Source: an uncultured bacterium (lineage in GTDB: Bacteria; Krumholzibacteriota; Krumholzibacteriia; LZORAL124-64-63). From it: a stretch of DNA of 64,000 bases. The stretch covers positions 128,001-192,000 of the forward strand of contig CAVSGO010000006.1 in NCBI GenBank assembly GCA_963727525.1, read 5' to 3'. The notes beneath the pieces are model-generated. The model saw only the letters and a list, made by a program, of their open reading frames with translations, had not been told where the DNA came from and did no database searches. Of this stretch, positions 8,702-19,502 are shown piece after piece. Position 1 is the stretch's first letter, and each line of letters opens with the position of its first letter. The translations under genes and the position numbers were made by a program.

Positions 8702-10233
8702 GTCAGGTGGCCCGCGGGGGCGGCAAGCCGGCCTGGACACGGTGCCGCCGCGTGCCGGCAATCGGCGCTGCGCTCCTTGCCCTTGCCGGCATCGCCCGCG
8801 GCGCGGCCACTCCGGACCTCACGCCCTATCTCGACGCGGTCATCGCCAGCGATCTCGCGTCCGCGCGCGCGTGCTGGCGGCCGCAGGATCTCGCCGCGTC
8901 CGGCCGGCTGGATATCCACTACGTCGACCAGCCGCTGAAGATCGACGGGGATTCACCACTCTGGTCGCGTCTGGAAGACCTGCGCGCGGGGCGTGTCGTG
9001 GCGACGAGCGAGCCGCCCCGTCCCGACGGTGACGCCACCACGTGTACCCTCGTACTCGGCGATACGCGGTTCGATTACCACTTCGTACGTGCTGGCGACA
9101 CATGGTTGCTCGCCTCGCCGGTCTTGCTCGCGTGCGCACGCGCCATCCCGACGTCGGGGCGGTTCGTGACGGTGTACGCGGCGTCGACGGCGCCGCCGTA
9201 CCAGGTGGCGTTGCTCGACTCTTGCGTCACGGCGATGGCCGACCGACTCGGCATCGATGATGCGCGTCTCACCGAGCTGGAGCGCGCGAAGTTCGGCTAC
9301 CTCCTGACCACGCCGGAGGAGGTGGAACGCCTGGCCGGGGCGCCCACGGTGGGCGTGGCGAACCTGCAAACCGACGTCGTGGTGACGTCGCATCCGTGCC
9401 ACGCGCACGAGCTGGCGCATCTCGTGGTGAATGCCTGGCTGCAGCACCTGCCGCTGTACGCGTCGCCATTGCTGCAGGAAGGTGTGGCGGTGTCGCTGGG
9501 TGGACGGTGGGGACGCCACCCGCGGGTGCTTGATCGCCTGGGCCGCACGACGTTGACCCAGGGCTTCGTGACTCTCGACGAGCTGCTGCCGCGCGCGAAC
9601 TTCTTCGGCCTGGGCGCCGACCTCACGTACGCTCCCGCGGGCGTCTTCGCGAGCTTCGTGCGCGATCGCTTCGGTGCCGGTGGGCTGCGCGCCGCGTATC
9701 TGGCCGTGTCGGGACAGGCAGGTGTGCTGACCGCATGGGCGTCGGACGATGTCGCTCAACGCCTCGCCGCAGCCCTGGGCACGACCTGGGGCGCGCTCGA
9801 TCACGACTTCGCGGCCTTCGTGGCCGAGCCCGTGGACGTGGCGATCCGCCCCGGGGCGACCACGTGCGATGGCGAGATATTGCGCGGGGAACGCCTGCAG
9901 GTGACGCTCGACGCCGGCGGTTGCGTGTGTGTGCGTGCCGACGCGGGAGAGGCGCGCGGCGCGATCCTCTTCGGCGGCGCGTCCGCGTTCTCCGGTGAAA
10001 ACGCCCTGTTCGCCGAGCACTTCCCCGGTCGCCCCTATCATGGCGAGTCCCACGCGCTCGTCTTCACACCGCAGGAGGCCAAGCTCTACGACTACCGCCG
10101 GCAGATGCTCGTCGCCCTGCACGCCGAGGGATTCTGGCCGTCGGACACGTTCGCGGCGGGGAATGGACACGAGCTTCGTGTCACCGTCGATCAGGCGCTG
10201 GTGCCACCCGGCCGCCGCACCCTCGTCGAGTAG
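8698..10233 (+). CDS. Exported gluzincin/peptidase MA-like protein
   Basis: HAHELAH followed by LLQEGVA; signal peptide-like N-terminus; start uncertain (GTGA overlap with upstream stop). Confidence 0.6.
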   Translation: MSQVARGGGKPAWTRCRRVPAIGAALLALAGIARGAATPDLTPYLDAVIASDLASARACWRPQDLAASGRLDIHYVDQPLKIDGDSPLWSRLEDLRAGRVVATSEPPRPDGDATTCTLVLGDTRFDYHFVRAGDTWLLASPVLLACARAIPTSGRFVTVYAASTAPPYQVALLDSCVTAMADRLGIDDARLTELERAKFGYLLTTPEEVERLAGAPTVGVANLQTDVVVTSHPCHAHELAHLVVNAWLQHLPLYASPLLQEGVAVSLGGRWGRHPRVLDRLGRTTLTQGFVTLDELLPRANFFGLGADLTYAPAGVFASFVRDRFGAGGLRAAYLAVSGQAGVLTAWASDDVAQRLAAALGTTWGALDHDFAAFVAEPVDVAIRPGATTCDGEILRGERLQVTLDAGGCVCVRADAGEARGAILFGGASAFSGENALFAEHFPGRPYHGESHALVFTPQEAKLYDYRRQMLVALHAEGFWPSDTFAAGNGHELRVTVDQALVPPGRRTLVE

Positions 10234-10240
10234 ATCGCGG

Positions 10241-11008
10241 TCACCGTCCCAGCACCTCGAGCCGGTAAGGATGGGGTGCGTCTTCGCCCACGGGGCGGCC
10301 GAAAATGTCGCAGGTGGCCAGGCGTCGCAGGGGCGAGCGGGCAAGCACGCGCAGCCATTGCGCCTGCGTGTAGGTGCGCAGGTCGTAGACATGATCGAGG
10401 TGCTCCACGCCGCGGGGTCGGGTGATCATGAGGTGCGAGACCACACGCTCGCGGCGTCCGCGGGACGGCAGGTAGTTGACCACCTGCGTCACCCGCAACG
10501 AGCCGCGGGCGCCGACCCAGGTGTCCTCGTCATCGCCGTTCCAGCCGAAATCCTGGAAGCTCAGGCCTACCACGTACACGCCGCCGCGCACGAGCATGGA
10601 CGCGACCTGGGTGAGGTGAGCGAGCAGGGCCGCGTCGCTCGGCAGGTGGCGCAGCGTGTTCCAGGGGCAGACGGCCAGATCGCAGCGACCGAGGTCGCGC
10701 AGGGTTGCGGCCGGGGCCGCGAGGTCGGCCAGGCGCAATGGGGCATCGGGGCCGAGGCGGCGGCGGGTGTAGTCGATCATGGCCGGCTCCCGGTCGTAGC
10801 CGGCCACCATGCGTCCGCGCCGCGCGGCGCCGCGTAGCAGCCGACCCGTGCCGCAGGCCGGTTCCAGCCAGCGCGTACCCGGGCCGCAGCGCGTTGCATA
10901 CGCACGCTCGATGCGCACGTAGGCATCCAGCTCGTCGGCGGTGCCGGGCAGGGCGAGGATGTCGTAGATGGCGGGCGCGGCGTAGAGACCGCCGCCGGCA
11001 GTGTCCAC
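10241..11008 (-). CDS. Class I SAM-dependent methyltransferase
   Basis: LEPACGTGR motif I; GYD..PAM; GGVYV; GTG start overlaps upstream TAG. Confidence 0.88.
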   Translation of the reverse strand: MDTAGGGLYAAPAIYDILALPGTADELDAYVRIERAYATRCGPGTRWLEPACGTGRLLRGAARRGRMVAGYDREPAMIDYTRRRLGPDAPLRLADLAAPAATLRDLGRCDLAVCPWNTLRHLPSDAALLAHLTQVASMLVRGGVYVVGLSFQDFGWNGDDEDTWVGARGSLRVTQVVNYLPSRGRRERVVSHLMITRPRGVEHLDHVYDLRTYTQAQWLRVLARSPLRRLATCDIFGRPVGEDAPHPYRLEVLGR

Positions 11009-12225
11009 TAGAACAGGTAGCGCAGCGTGAACGAAGACACGTTCATCCTGTCCAGCTCGTCGCTACCGGCCTGGATCGCGTCGTAGCCCACCGGCGCCTT
11101 GTCGAAGAGCACCAGGTCGCCGTCGAAGGCGCCGAAGTGTAGACCCAGACCCAGCGTCACAGGTGTGGAGACCGACACGTCCCAGTGGTAGGCGACGTCG
11201 AAGGTGCCGTCGGGGTTGTCGTGACGGAAATACGACTCGTCTGTCTGGCGCACGTACCGCGCGGCCGCTCGCAACGAGAGCCACGGCAGCACGCGAGACT
11301 CGAAGCCCACCTGGGTGCGGACCTGCCAGGTGTCGCGCCAGCCATCGTCGAAGAGCGCGCGCTCGGGATGGCGACTGGTCCAGTCGCGACGGTGGTCGAG
11401 GTATTCCACCGAGATCACGGCCAGATTGTCGGGATCCAGCAGCAGGTTGGCGCCGCCGCCCACACGCACCTGCCAGCCGTCGAGGTCGGCCACGTCGGCC
11501 AGCACGTCCATACGCGTGGGCCGCCGGTCGACCATGTAGTCGATCATGGGCACGATGACGACGCGCTCGCTCGCGCGGACGAAGCCGCGGGCCCGCAAGC
11601 TGCCACCGTCGTGGCTGGACTCCTTGATAGCGATACCGCTGGCGAACTCGTCGTACTCGAACCGGGTCTGCGTGATCTCACCGGCCAGATCGACGTAGGC
11701 CGCCTCGCCGAGATCGAGGCGCAGGCCGAGCCCGTAGTCGTGGAAGTAGAGCGCATCGCCCACGAAGTTCTCGGTCTGGGCCGTGTTGGCGGCCTTGCCG
11801 TACGACGTGCCCCGGAAGAAGAGGCCGGCGTTCACGGCGCCGAAGGCCCGTGCGTAGAGGGCCGAGAAGTAGCCCCCGGGTTCGGGCTCGGGCAGGTCGC
11901 TGCCGAAGTAGACGGCACCGGTGCCCCACTCGCCCTTCTCGTCGAAGCGCAGGTGTACGCCGCCGCCCTGGTGGCTGAGTCGGTCGAGGCCTGCGGGCAG
12001 ATGCGCATCCTGCTTCCACGTGCCGAGCTCGAGCACCACCTCGTCGGCGTAGTCGACGAGGCTGCCGTACCAGCGCAGGACATTGCTGTCGTCCTCGAAG
12101 TAGTCGCCCTGGCCGCCGAGGCTACGGACGCGACTGGTGGTGGCAGCGGCGGGGGCCGCCGTGGCGACCATCAATCCCAGCGCGATGGCGAGGATCGGCA
12201 ACGAGCGCGATCGCAAAGAGGGCAT
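11008..12225 (-). CDS. Outer-membrane beta-barrel protein (FadL/PorV-like N-terminal hatch)
   Basis: Signal peptide; RVRSLGG..DDSN N-terminus; amphipathic beta strands; C-terminal FTLRYLF. Confidence 0.7.
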   Translation of the reverse strand: MPSLRSRSLPILAIALGLMVATAAPAAATTSRVRSLGGQGDYFEDDSNVLRWYGSLVDYADEVVLELGTWKQDAHLPAGLDRLSHQGGGVHLRFDEKGEWGTGAVYFGSDLPEPEPGGYFSALYARAFGAVNAGLFFRGTSYGKAANTAQTENFVGDALYFHDYGLGLRLDLGEAAYVDLAGEITQTRFEYDEFASGIAIKESSHDGGSLRARGFVRASERVVIVPMIDYMVDRRPTRMDVLADVADLDGWQVRVGGGANLLLDPDNLAVISVEYLDHRRDWTSRHPERALFDDGWRDTWQVRTQVGFESRVLPWLSLRAAARYVRQTDESYFRHDNPDGTFDVAYHWDVSVSTPVTLGLGLHFGAFDGDLVLFDKAPVGYDAIQAGSDELDRMNVSSFTLRYLF

Positions 12226-12235
12226 GAGCGGGGTC

Positions 12236-14035
12236 CTATGGTTCCGGTCGCCAGTAGATGCCCGCGGCGGTGGCGGCGTAGACGCCGCAGCCCGGGCCCG
12301 TCCAGACGGAGGACACGGCCCCGTCGAGGTGCGTGTCGGCGTGCCAGGTCGTTCCGTCGCCATGATAGAGACCAGCTTCGCCGGCCGCCCACAAGTCGTC
12401 AAGGGCTGTGCCGGAAAGGGCGTGGATGGCGCCCGGAATCGTGGCCGTCGGCGTGAGCGCCTCCAGACCTGAATCAGTGAGTTGCCAGAGCGTGTGCGAG
12501 ACGGGATCCGTGGTGGTGGTGTCGACACCCGCGACCACGATGGTGGCTCCGTCCGCAAGCACGGTCACGGCCTCGAAGGTGCGCGGCCCGGCCGCGACCT
12601 GGGTTGCCCAGAAATTCCCGTTGTAGAAGTGGATGGCTCCCGCGCGGTCGAACGCCCAGACCCGATCGCCACCCGTGCCGCAGAGGAGCACGATGTCAGC
12701 GGTGCCCAGGGTCAGCATGGGCTGCCACGCGGCACCGTCGTAGTGCAGGATCAGGCCGCCCGCACCGCCCGCGAAGACGTCGGTGGACCGCGCACCCCAC
12801 ACGGCGGCCAGGTCGGCTCCCGTGCTCGTGGTCTGCGGCTGCCAGGCGCCGACAGGCGTCCGGCGCGCGATGCGTCCCCCGGCACCCACCACGGTGACCA
12901 CGCCTCCGGGTCCGGCCCAGAGCGCCGCGATGGGCACCCCGAGCTGGGGATCCTCGGCCGACCAGGCAGTGCCGTTGTAGCGCAGGACGTGGGTGGTGTC
13001 GGTGGCTCGTCCCACCAGGTTCGTGCAGGTCAGGCCCTGCAGACTCGCGGCGGAGAAGCCCACACCGCTGGAGAACGTGGCCCAGGCGAAGTTCCGGGAG
13101 GGGTCGCGATCGAGGAGCAGGGTGCCGAAATTGCCCGCGGCTACCACCTGGTGGGGGTCCTGGCCCACCATCGCCAGAGCGCGGATCACGCGCCCGGGGC
13201 CCGACCACACGGTGAACAGGCCCGCCGGAGGTGTGCCGGTGGCGATGGAACCGGTGATGCCGAGCGTCAGGCTGTCGGCATCGGCGAGCAGCGACGCGGC
13301 CCGGACGCCGCCGGGCAGGTCGGCCACCCAGTGCCAGCCGGCGTCGTCGCGGCGATATACGGTGGCACCGTCGTCCACCAGGGCCCAGTGGCCATCGCCG
13401 TGCGAGAACGACACGCCGGCGGGTGCGATGTCGGGGACCCAGCCTGCGCCGCCATCCCGGTACACGCCGTCGGGGCCGGCGGCGTAGAGGGTGGCATCCT
13501 CGCCGTCCAGGTCTTGCCACACGGAGGTGAGGTGCACGCTCGGCGGTAGCGCCAGGGGCGACCAGGCACCGCCGACACGGCGCAGCGAGACGCCGTCGCC
13601 GACAACGATCACGACGCCGGAGTCGAGGCACAGGATATCCTCGAGGTCGCGGTCGGTCCCGGTGCTGACGGCCAGCCAGCGCCCGCCGTCGAAATGGAGC
13701 AGCGTCCCGGCGGCGCCCACGGCATAGACGTCGTCGCGGGCGAAGCCGCTGATGGCGCGCAGGTCCGTCCCCAGCGGATTGCGCCAGGTCACCAGGGCCT
13801 GGCCGTCGCTGCGCACGAGCGTGGAACCGCCCGCGGCCCAGATGTCATGGGCGTCGTCGGCCCAGACATCCTGGAAGTCGGTGGTCACTGGCCCGGGGTT
13901 GAGGAGGTTCCACGGACTGGCACCCGGCCGTGGAACCGGATCGGTAGGACTTTCGGCGCAGCTCGCGATGCCGATCGCCAGCGCTCCGAGCGCCGCCGTG
14001 GCGATGGCGAGGCGGAGCCGGCGCAGGTTGGCCAT
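12236..14035 (-). CDS. Lipoprotein with beta-propeller repeats
   Basis: Lipobox IASC; repeated L..VWG...DV(W/Y/F)A.G..G..LH(F/Y)DG..W units; GAGGAG RBS. Confidence 0.82.
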   Translation of the reverse strand: MANLRRLRLAIATAALGALAIGIASCAESPTDPVPRPGASPWNLLNPGPVTTDFQDVWADDAHDIWAAGGSTLVRSDGQALVTWRNPLGTDLRAISGFARDDVYAVGAAGTLLHFDGGRWLAVSTGTDRDLEDILCLDSGVVIVVGDGVSLRRVGGAWSPLALPPSVHLTSVWQDLDGEDATLYAAGPDGVYRDGGAGWVPDIAPAGVSFSHGDGHWALVDDGATVYRRDDAGWHWVADLPGGVRAASLLADADSLTLGITGSIATGTPPAGLFTVWSGPGRVIRALAMVGQDPHQVVAAGNFGTLLLDRDPSRNFAWATFSSGVGFSAASLQGLTCTNLVGRATDTTHVLRYNGTAWSAEDPQLGVPIAALWAGPGGVVTVVGAGGRIARRTPVGAWQPQTTSTGADLAAVWGARSTDVFAGGAGGLILHYDGAAWQPMLTLGTADIVLLCGTGGDRVWAFDRAGAIHFYNGNFWATQVAAGPRTFEAVTVLADGATIVVAGVDTTTTDPVSHTLWQLTDSGLEALTPTATIPGAIHALSGTALDDLWAAGEAGLYHGDGTTWHADTHLDGAVSSVWTGPGCGVYAATAAGIYWRPEP

Positions 14036-14269
14036 GATCTCCTCGAATCGATGAAACATCTCGCCAGCCTAGCCCAAACGGCGCCTCACCGCCATATGGC
14101 GCATGGCATGGCGGCTTCCGGCACGGATCTGGCATCGTGAAGCCGGAAGCGTCCAGGAGGACACGCAACGGCCGCCCGGGCAGCGCCCCGGGTGCCTGCC
14201 TGGCCTGAGATTGTTTCCGCGGCAGGAAAGACTTGCCGTAGCTGCCTGGTCCCACCCGAAGGAGTGGCC

Positions 14270-15484
14270 ATGTCCGGTCCCCAGCTCCCGCGCGTGCTCT
14301 GCGTCGACGACGAGGCGAACCTGCTCAAGGCCATCGAGCGCAGCCTGCGCAAGTTCTACGACATCCACACCGCCACCGACGGTTTCAGCGGCTTGAAGGC
14401 GCTGGCCGCGGAAGGTCCGTTCGAGGTGGTCGTCTCCGACATGCGCATGCCCGGCATGGACGGTGCGGAGTTCCTGCGCCAGGTGCGCGAGCAGGCGCCC
14501 GACTCGGTGCGCCTGCTACTCACCGGATTCGCCGAGCTGGAGACGGTGGTCACTGCGGTGAACGAGGGGTACATCTACCGCTTCCTCGCCAAGCCCTGCA
14601 CCGGCCGTGTGCTGTACGACGCCATCCAGGACGGTGTCACCCAGCACCGGCTGATCACGGCCGAGAAGGTCCTGCTGGAGCAGACGCTGCGGGGGTGCGT
14701 GAAGGCATTGAGCGAGGTGCTCGCCATGGCGTCGCCCGCCGCGTTCGGTCGCGGCACGCGCATCTGCCAGATGGCCATGCTCCTGGCGGGCCAGCTCCAC
14801 TACCGCGACATGTGGCAGATCGAGGTGTCGGCCATGCTCTCGCAGCTCGCGGCGATCACGCTGCCGGCCGCGACGGCCACCAAGCTCTATCTCGGCCAGC
14901 CGCTCGACGACGACGAGGAGGAGATGGTGCTGCGCATGCCCGGCATCACGCGCCAGATCCTCGGCGACATCCCGCGCCTCGAGGCCATCCTCGAGATCCT
15001 GCGCTGCTCGGTGCTCGACCACGCCCCTGCCGATCCCGAACCCGGATTACCCGTGGGCGACGAGATCCCGCTGGGCGCGCGCATCCTGCACGCGGCCGAC
15101 CTGCTGGAAGGCCTGCAGCTTCGCGGCGAGTCGCCGCGGCGTAGCCTGGAGATCCTGCGCTCGCGCTCGGGCCAGGTGGATCCCGCCGTGCTCGACGCCT
15201 ACGAGACCATCTGCGACGACGGCGCCCTCGACTTCCGGCAGCGCGCGATCAACCTCCCCGAACTGCGCACGGGCATGGTGCTGACCGAGGACCTCATGTC
15301 GACCAAGGGGCTGCTCCTGGTTTCCGGTGGGCAGGAGATCACGGTGAGCCTGATGGAGAAGATGCGCAACTACGCGCGCAGCTCGCAGGTGAAGGAGCCG
15401 ATCTGGGTGCGGGTGTCGACGACCGAGTTGCTCGACGACGCTCATCCCCGCACGATCGCCTCACCGACACTGCAGAGCGTCTAG
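14270..15484 (+). CDS. Response regulator with degenerate HD-GYP domain (RpfG-like)
   Basis: VDDE, SDMRMPGMDG and AKP receiver motifs; EIPLGARIL; HD replaced by SQ; AAGGAG RBS. Confidence 0.88.
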   Translation: MSGPQLPRVLCVDDEANLLKAIERSLRKFYDIHTATDGFSGLKALAAEGPFEVVVSDMRMPGMDGAEFLRQVREQAPDSVRLLLTGFAELETVVTAVNEGYIYRFLAKPCTGRVLYDAIQDGVTQHRLITAEKVLLEQTLRGCVKALSEVLAMASPAAFGRGTRICQMAMLLAGQLHYRDMWQIEVSAMLSQLAAITLPAATATKLYLGQPLDDDEEEMVLRMPGITRQILGDIPRLEAILEILRCSVLDHAPADPEPGLPVGDEIPLGARILHAADLLEGLQLRGESPRRSLEILRSRSGQVDPAVLDAYETICDDGALDFRQRAINLPELRTGMVLTEDLMSTKGLLLVSGGQEITVSLMEKMRNYARSSQVKEPIWVRVSTTELLDDAHPRTIASPTLQSV

Positions 15485-16713
15485 CGCGCGGCGGCAACGG
15501 TCTGGAGCACGCTGGTCAGGTCGTGCGGCTGGAACGCCGTCGGCAGGGCGCCCGCCACCTGCTCGTGGCACTGCGGGTCCGACGCCGAATGGTCCCCGAA
15601 GGTGAGCAGGGCACCCGGACACGAGGACAGCAGCGGCGACAGTCGGCCGCACTGCTCGGCAGTGATCGAATCGGTGTCGATGATGATGCCGTCGACCGTG
15701 GTGGCCACCTCGGAGCGAGCCACGAAATCCTGCATGGGAATCAGACGACAGCCGGCGCGGGCGATGAGCGCCGCGATCCAGCCGGCGTGGTCGGCGTTGC
15801 CCGTCAGTACCACGATGTTGCCGCCCGTGGCCTCGTTCGCGGCCTCCGGCTCCTGCGCGGGCGCCGGATCCATACCGGGCAGCGCGAGGAACTGGACCGC
15901 GCTCGCATACAGCTCGCGCGCGCGGGCGAAGATCATGCGCGTCTGGCGCAACGACAATCCCAACGCGTCTGCCACTTCGAACAGCCGCGCGCTCGTCACC
16001 TGGGGCTCGTGCGACCAGCCGAGACCCTGGGTGACGATGTCGGCCAGGACGATGGTGGCGATGAGGTGGCTCTCGTCGCTGCGGTAAGCGTCGGCATGGT
16101 GGTGGAAGCGCACGCACTCGCATAGCGATTCCGGCAACTTCCAGTGTCGCATGAGCTTCTGGCCGGCCTTGGTGTGGGAGATGCCCAGCGTTTCCATCTC
16201 CTTCTGGATGATGTCGCCGCCGCGCAGCCAGGCCCCGGCGAGAGCGCCCGGCGCCACCATATCGATGACCAGCGCGCCGAGGTCGTGCAGCAACCCCGCC
16301 ACGAACGCTTCCTCGGGATCCATGTGGCCGGTGATCTCGGCGATGGTGCGCGCCGACACGGCCGTGCCGATGGCGTGGCCCCAGTAGGTTTGCAGATCGA
16401 CCTCGCCGGCTTGCCCCTGCAGGACCTTTGCCACACCGAGGCCCGTGGCAAGGTTGCGGACCGCCGAGAAGCCGAGGATGACGACGGCGCGCGAGATGAG
16501 GCTCACCTTGCCCGTCATGCCATAGAAGGAGCTGTTCACGAGCTTGAGCACCTGGCTGGCCAGCGCCTGATCCGACGAGAGCACCTTGGTGACGGCGTCG
16601 GCCGAGCAGTTGTCATTTTGCATCACCGCGACCAGCTTGCGTGTGACCGTCGGCAACGGTGGCAGCGCCTTGATCCTGGCGACCACGTCCTGGGAGATGT
16701 TCGCGTCCATCAT
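15481..16713 (-). CDS. HDOD-domain protein
   Basis: LPPLP, DQALASQVLKLVNSSFYG, GLLHDLG, W.LP and FHH motifs. Confidence 0.92.
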   Translation of the reverse strand: MMDANISQDVVARIKALPPLPTVTRKLVAVMQNDNCSADAVTKVLSSDQALASQVLKLVNSSFYGMTGKVSLISRAVVILGFSAVRNLATGLGVAKVLQGQAGEVDLQTYWGHAIGTAVSARTIAEITGHMDPEEAFVAGLLHDLGALVIDMVAPGALAGAWLRGGDIIQKEMETLGISHTKAGQKLMRHWKLPESLCECVRFHHHADAYRSDESHLIATIVLADIVTQGLGWSHEPQVTSARLFEVADALGLSLRQTRMIFARARELYASAVQFLALPGMDPAPAQEPEAANEATGGNIVVLTGNADHAGWIAALIARAGCRLIPMQDFVARSEVATTVDGIIIDTDSITAEQCGRLSPLLSSCPGALLTFGDHSASDPQCHEQVAGALPTAFQPHDLTSVLQTVAAAR

Positions 16714-17507
16714 GACTCCTTATGCGTGAGCATGAGCACGCACCCTCGTTCCGCACCACCGCTGTCGAGCGGCGACACCGTGACGTCGACTCGATGACCG
16801 TCGAGTTCACAGACGAAGGTCCCGTCGTGGTTCGTATGCAGAGACTGCTCGATCGCTTCCACGATGTCCGCGGTGAAGACCTCGGCCAGCTCCGTGCCCG
16901 GGATCGTGCTGGCCAGGCTGGCGAACGACTGGCGGGCGTGCTGGTTCGTCAGCACGATCTCGCCCTCGCGGCTGATGCCCAGCACCGGGATGGGCAGGTG
17001 TTCGAGCACGTCCTGCGACAGCGCGAGCGAACGCGTACGCTCGGCGACGGCGTTCTCGAGGGCCTCGTTCATCTGGCGGAGCTGCTCGTTCTGCTTGCTC
17101 GTCTGCGCCGAGAGCAGCGCGTTCTCACGGGTCAGGTAGTAGTGGTCGAGGCACTGGCGCACTGTCGCGAGCAGCTCGTGGTCGTCCCAGGGCTTGGGCA
17201 GGAAGCGGAAGATCTCGCCCTTGTTGATCGCGTCGACGATGACGTCGGCGTTCGCGTATCCCGAGAGGATCACGCGGACGGAGTCGGGCAGGATCGCCTT
17301 GACCTTGGCGAGAAACTCCACGCCGGTCATCCCCGGCATGCGGTAGTCGGATACGATGACGGGTACGGGCTGCCGCTGCAGCAGGTCAAGTCCCTCCTCG
17401 CCACCGGCGGCGATGTGGACACGGTAGTCCTCGCGGCGGCACAGGCGGCGCAGGGAATTCAGGATGCTCGGTTCGTCATCCACGAAGAGAACTGCGCGTT
17501 CAAGCAT
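16710..17507 (-). CDS. Response regulator with coiled coil and PAS-like domain
   Basis: FVDDE, SDYRMPGMTG and KPW motifs; GAGGAG RBS before ATG 17507. Confidence 0.9.
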   Translation of the reverse strand: MLERAVLFVDDEPSILNSLRRLCRREDYRVHIAAGGEEGLDLLQRQPVPVIVSDYRMPGMTGVEFLAKVKAILPDSVRVILSGYANADVIVDAINKGEIFRFLPKPWDDHELLATVRQCLDHYYLTRENALLSAQTSKQNEQLRQMNEALENAVAERTRSLALSQDVLEHLPIPVLGISREGEIVLTNQHARQSFASLASTIPGTELAEVFTADIVEAIEQSLHTNHDGTFVCELDGHRVDVTVSPLDSGGAERGCVLMLTHKES

Positions 17508-19278
17508 GAAACAGCTCCTCGCCATCGTCGGCCAGGGGGAGATGCACCCGTATGGTCGTACCGAGCCCGAGATGGCTCTCCACCTCGATACGGCCGCCAT
17601 GGTTCTCCACGATGCCGTGACAGATGTAGAGACCCAGCCCGGTCCCCTTGCCCGCCGCCTTGGTCGTGAAGAACGGCTCGAAGAGATGCGGGATGTTCTC
17701 GGTGGGAATGCCACTGCCCGTATCCGCCACGGAGAGTATCGCCTCGTCGAGCGTGGCGCGCGTGGTGATGGTGATCACGCCTTCCGTCTCGATGGCATGC
17801 GCCGCGTTGACCAGGAGGTTCATGATGACCTGGTTGATCTGGCCGGGGTAGCCGGTCAGCGGCGGCACATCGCCGTAGTCCTTCACCACCTGGCAGCGGT
17901 ACTTCAGTTCGTTCCAGACGATCTTGAGTGTCGATTCCACGCACTCGTCGATGCCGAACGACCGCGGCTTGCTCTCGTCGGGGCGGGCGAATCCCTTGAG
18001 ATTGATCACGATGTCGCGAACCCGCTCGCAGCCCTCGAGCGACTCGGCCAGCAACCCGTCGATGTCCCCGTCGATGAATTCCAGATCCTGGTTCTCGAGC
18101 TCGGTGAGGCGCGACTGCACATCGAGCGCGAGCACGCTCGTGGGCACGCCGATCAACGCGCGGCACACGCTGAGCGCCCCGCGGATCGACGTCGTATAGT
18201 CCTGGAGCGTGGAGAGGTTGCTCATGATGAAGCCGATGGGGTTATTGATCTCGTGAGCCACGCCCGCCGCGATCTGACCGATCGACGCCATCTTCTCGCT
18301 CTGTACGAGCTGGCCCGACGTCTCCCGGAGCTGCCGCATGTACTGTTCGAGCGCGAGGTCCTTGCGCTGGTTCTGGATCACGCGCTCGAGGATGTGGCAG
18401 AAGATGTCCAGGAGAACGAGGTCGTTGACGCTGTCGGGTTTGCGCACGTCGGCATGATGCGCGCCCACGAAGCCGGCCAGCTCGCCACTGACCTCGAGCG
18501 GAATGATGAGCAGGGAGCCCGAACCGCGGCCCCCGAGCGCGCGGATGAACTGGATAGCCGGCGCCGGCAACTCGGCGATGTCGGGCACGTCGAGGGCCTC
18601 ACCATTGCGCAGCTGATCGGCCCACCACGCCTGCTCGTCGAGATGGCGGCCGATGAGCTTCTGCATCACGGGCTCGGCGTCATCCTTACCGTACTCGTAG
18701 GCCCTGTCGCAGATCTGATCGTCGCACCGGAGAATCGCGAGAAACGTGCGGTAGGCGCCGGTGAAGCGTGCGAGGTCGGCGAGGGCTTCCTGGATCGCCG
18801 CGTCCAGGTCCTCGGGGGCCACGAAGCGCGTGAGCATGCCGGCGAGGAACTTTTCCGTCGCCAGACTCGCCCGGAACGTGCGCTCGGCATGGCGCACGTT
18901 CGTGATCTCGGCGAGCGACCCGATCCAGCCGCCTTGAGGGCCAGCGAGCGGCCGGCTGAGCCGATCCATCGTGACCTGGTACACGCGGGCGACACCCTCG
19001 GCATCCGTCGCCGTGAGTTCGCGTACCCGGGTCCGCGGAGGATCGGGGCCGGGCGCAACGGCCAGGGCCGCGAGGGAGACCACGATGTCTGCGAGTGCGG
19101 CCGGCAACTCGTCCGGCTCCCGCCCGGGAAAGAGCGCCGCGAAGGCATGGTTCTCGCGGTGCATCCGGCCGTCGTCGTCAATGACGAACACGGGCACGGG
19201 AAGGTCCAAGAGGGCCGGGTCGCGAAATACCGCACCCGATTCCAGGCGTACGCCGACTTCCATGTTCGTGTCCAACAC
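17500..19278 (-). CDS. Sensor histidine kinase (PAS-GAF-HisKA-HATPase)
   Basis: [21 protein letters not shown]-box; [20 protein letters not shown] and GTGLGL; start 19278 or 19263. Confidence 0.93.
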   Translation of the reverse strand: MLDTNMEVGVRLESGAVFRDPALLDLPVPVFVIDDDGRMHRENHAFAALFPGREPDELPAALADIVVSLAALAVAPGPDPPRTRVRELTATDAEGVARVYQVTMDRLSRPLAGPQGGWIGSLAEITNVRHAERTFRASLATEKFLAGMLTRFVAPEDLDAAIQEALADLARFTGAYRTFLAILRCDDQICDRAYEYGKDDAEPVMQKLIGRHLDEQAWWADQLRNGEALDVPDIAELPAPAIQFIRALGGRGSGSLLIIPLEVSGELAGFVGAHHADVRKPDSVNDLVLLDIFCHILERVIQNQRKDLALEQYMRQLRETSGQLVQSEKMASIGQIAAGVAHEINNPIGFIMSNLSTLQDYTTSIRGALSVCRALIGVPTSVLALDVQSRLTELENQDLEFIDGDIDGLLAESLEGCERVRDIVINLKGFARPDESKPRSFGIDECVESTLKIVWNELKYRCQVVKDYGDVPPLTGYPGQINQVIMNLLVNAAHAIETEGVITITTRATLDEAILSVADTGSGIPTENIPHLFEPFFTTKAAGKGTGLGLYICHGIVENHGGRIEVESHLGLGTTIRVHLPLADDGEELFHA

Positions 19279-19381
19279 GCCGATACTCCCGGACCGAGGC
19301 GTATCTGCCCGAGGTCATTCTCACCCCGAGGGACAGGACTGCTTGACGCTTCGTGGTCCACCGGAATATCGGCGAATCCCC

Positions 19382-19406
19382 GCAACCCATGAGCCGTTTC
19401 TACGTC
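19382..19406 (+). promoter_or_regulatory. Putative ECF-sigma promoter
   Basis: GCAAC-N16-CGTC upstream of the tricorn gene. Confidence 0.4.
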
Positions 19407-19502
19407 GAGCCTTTATCATGCGCGAGGCGTCCCGTTGACGGCCCTGCCGACCTGTGGTCCCATGGCAGGCCTCGACCCCACTCTTTCCTGGAGGCGATCG
19501 CC

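Noticed and set aside
14100-14260. Possible c-di-GMP riboswitch or sigma54 promoter upstream of the HD-GYP gene
   Set aside because: Only a small GAAA-containing hairpin and an imperfect GGCAC-N5-TGGCA are present; the conserved riboswitch core is absent
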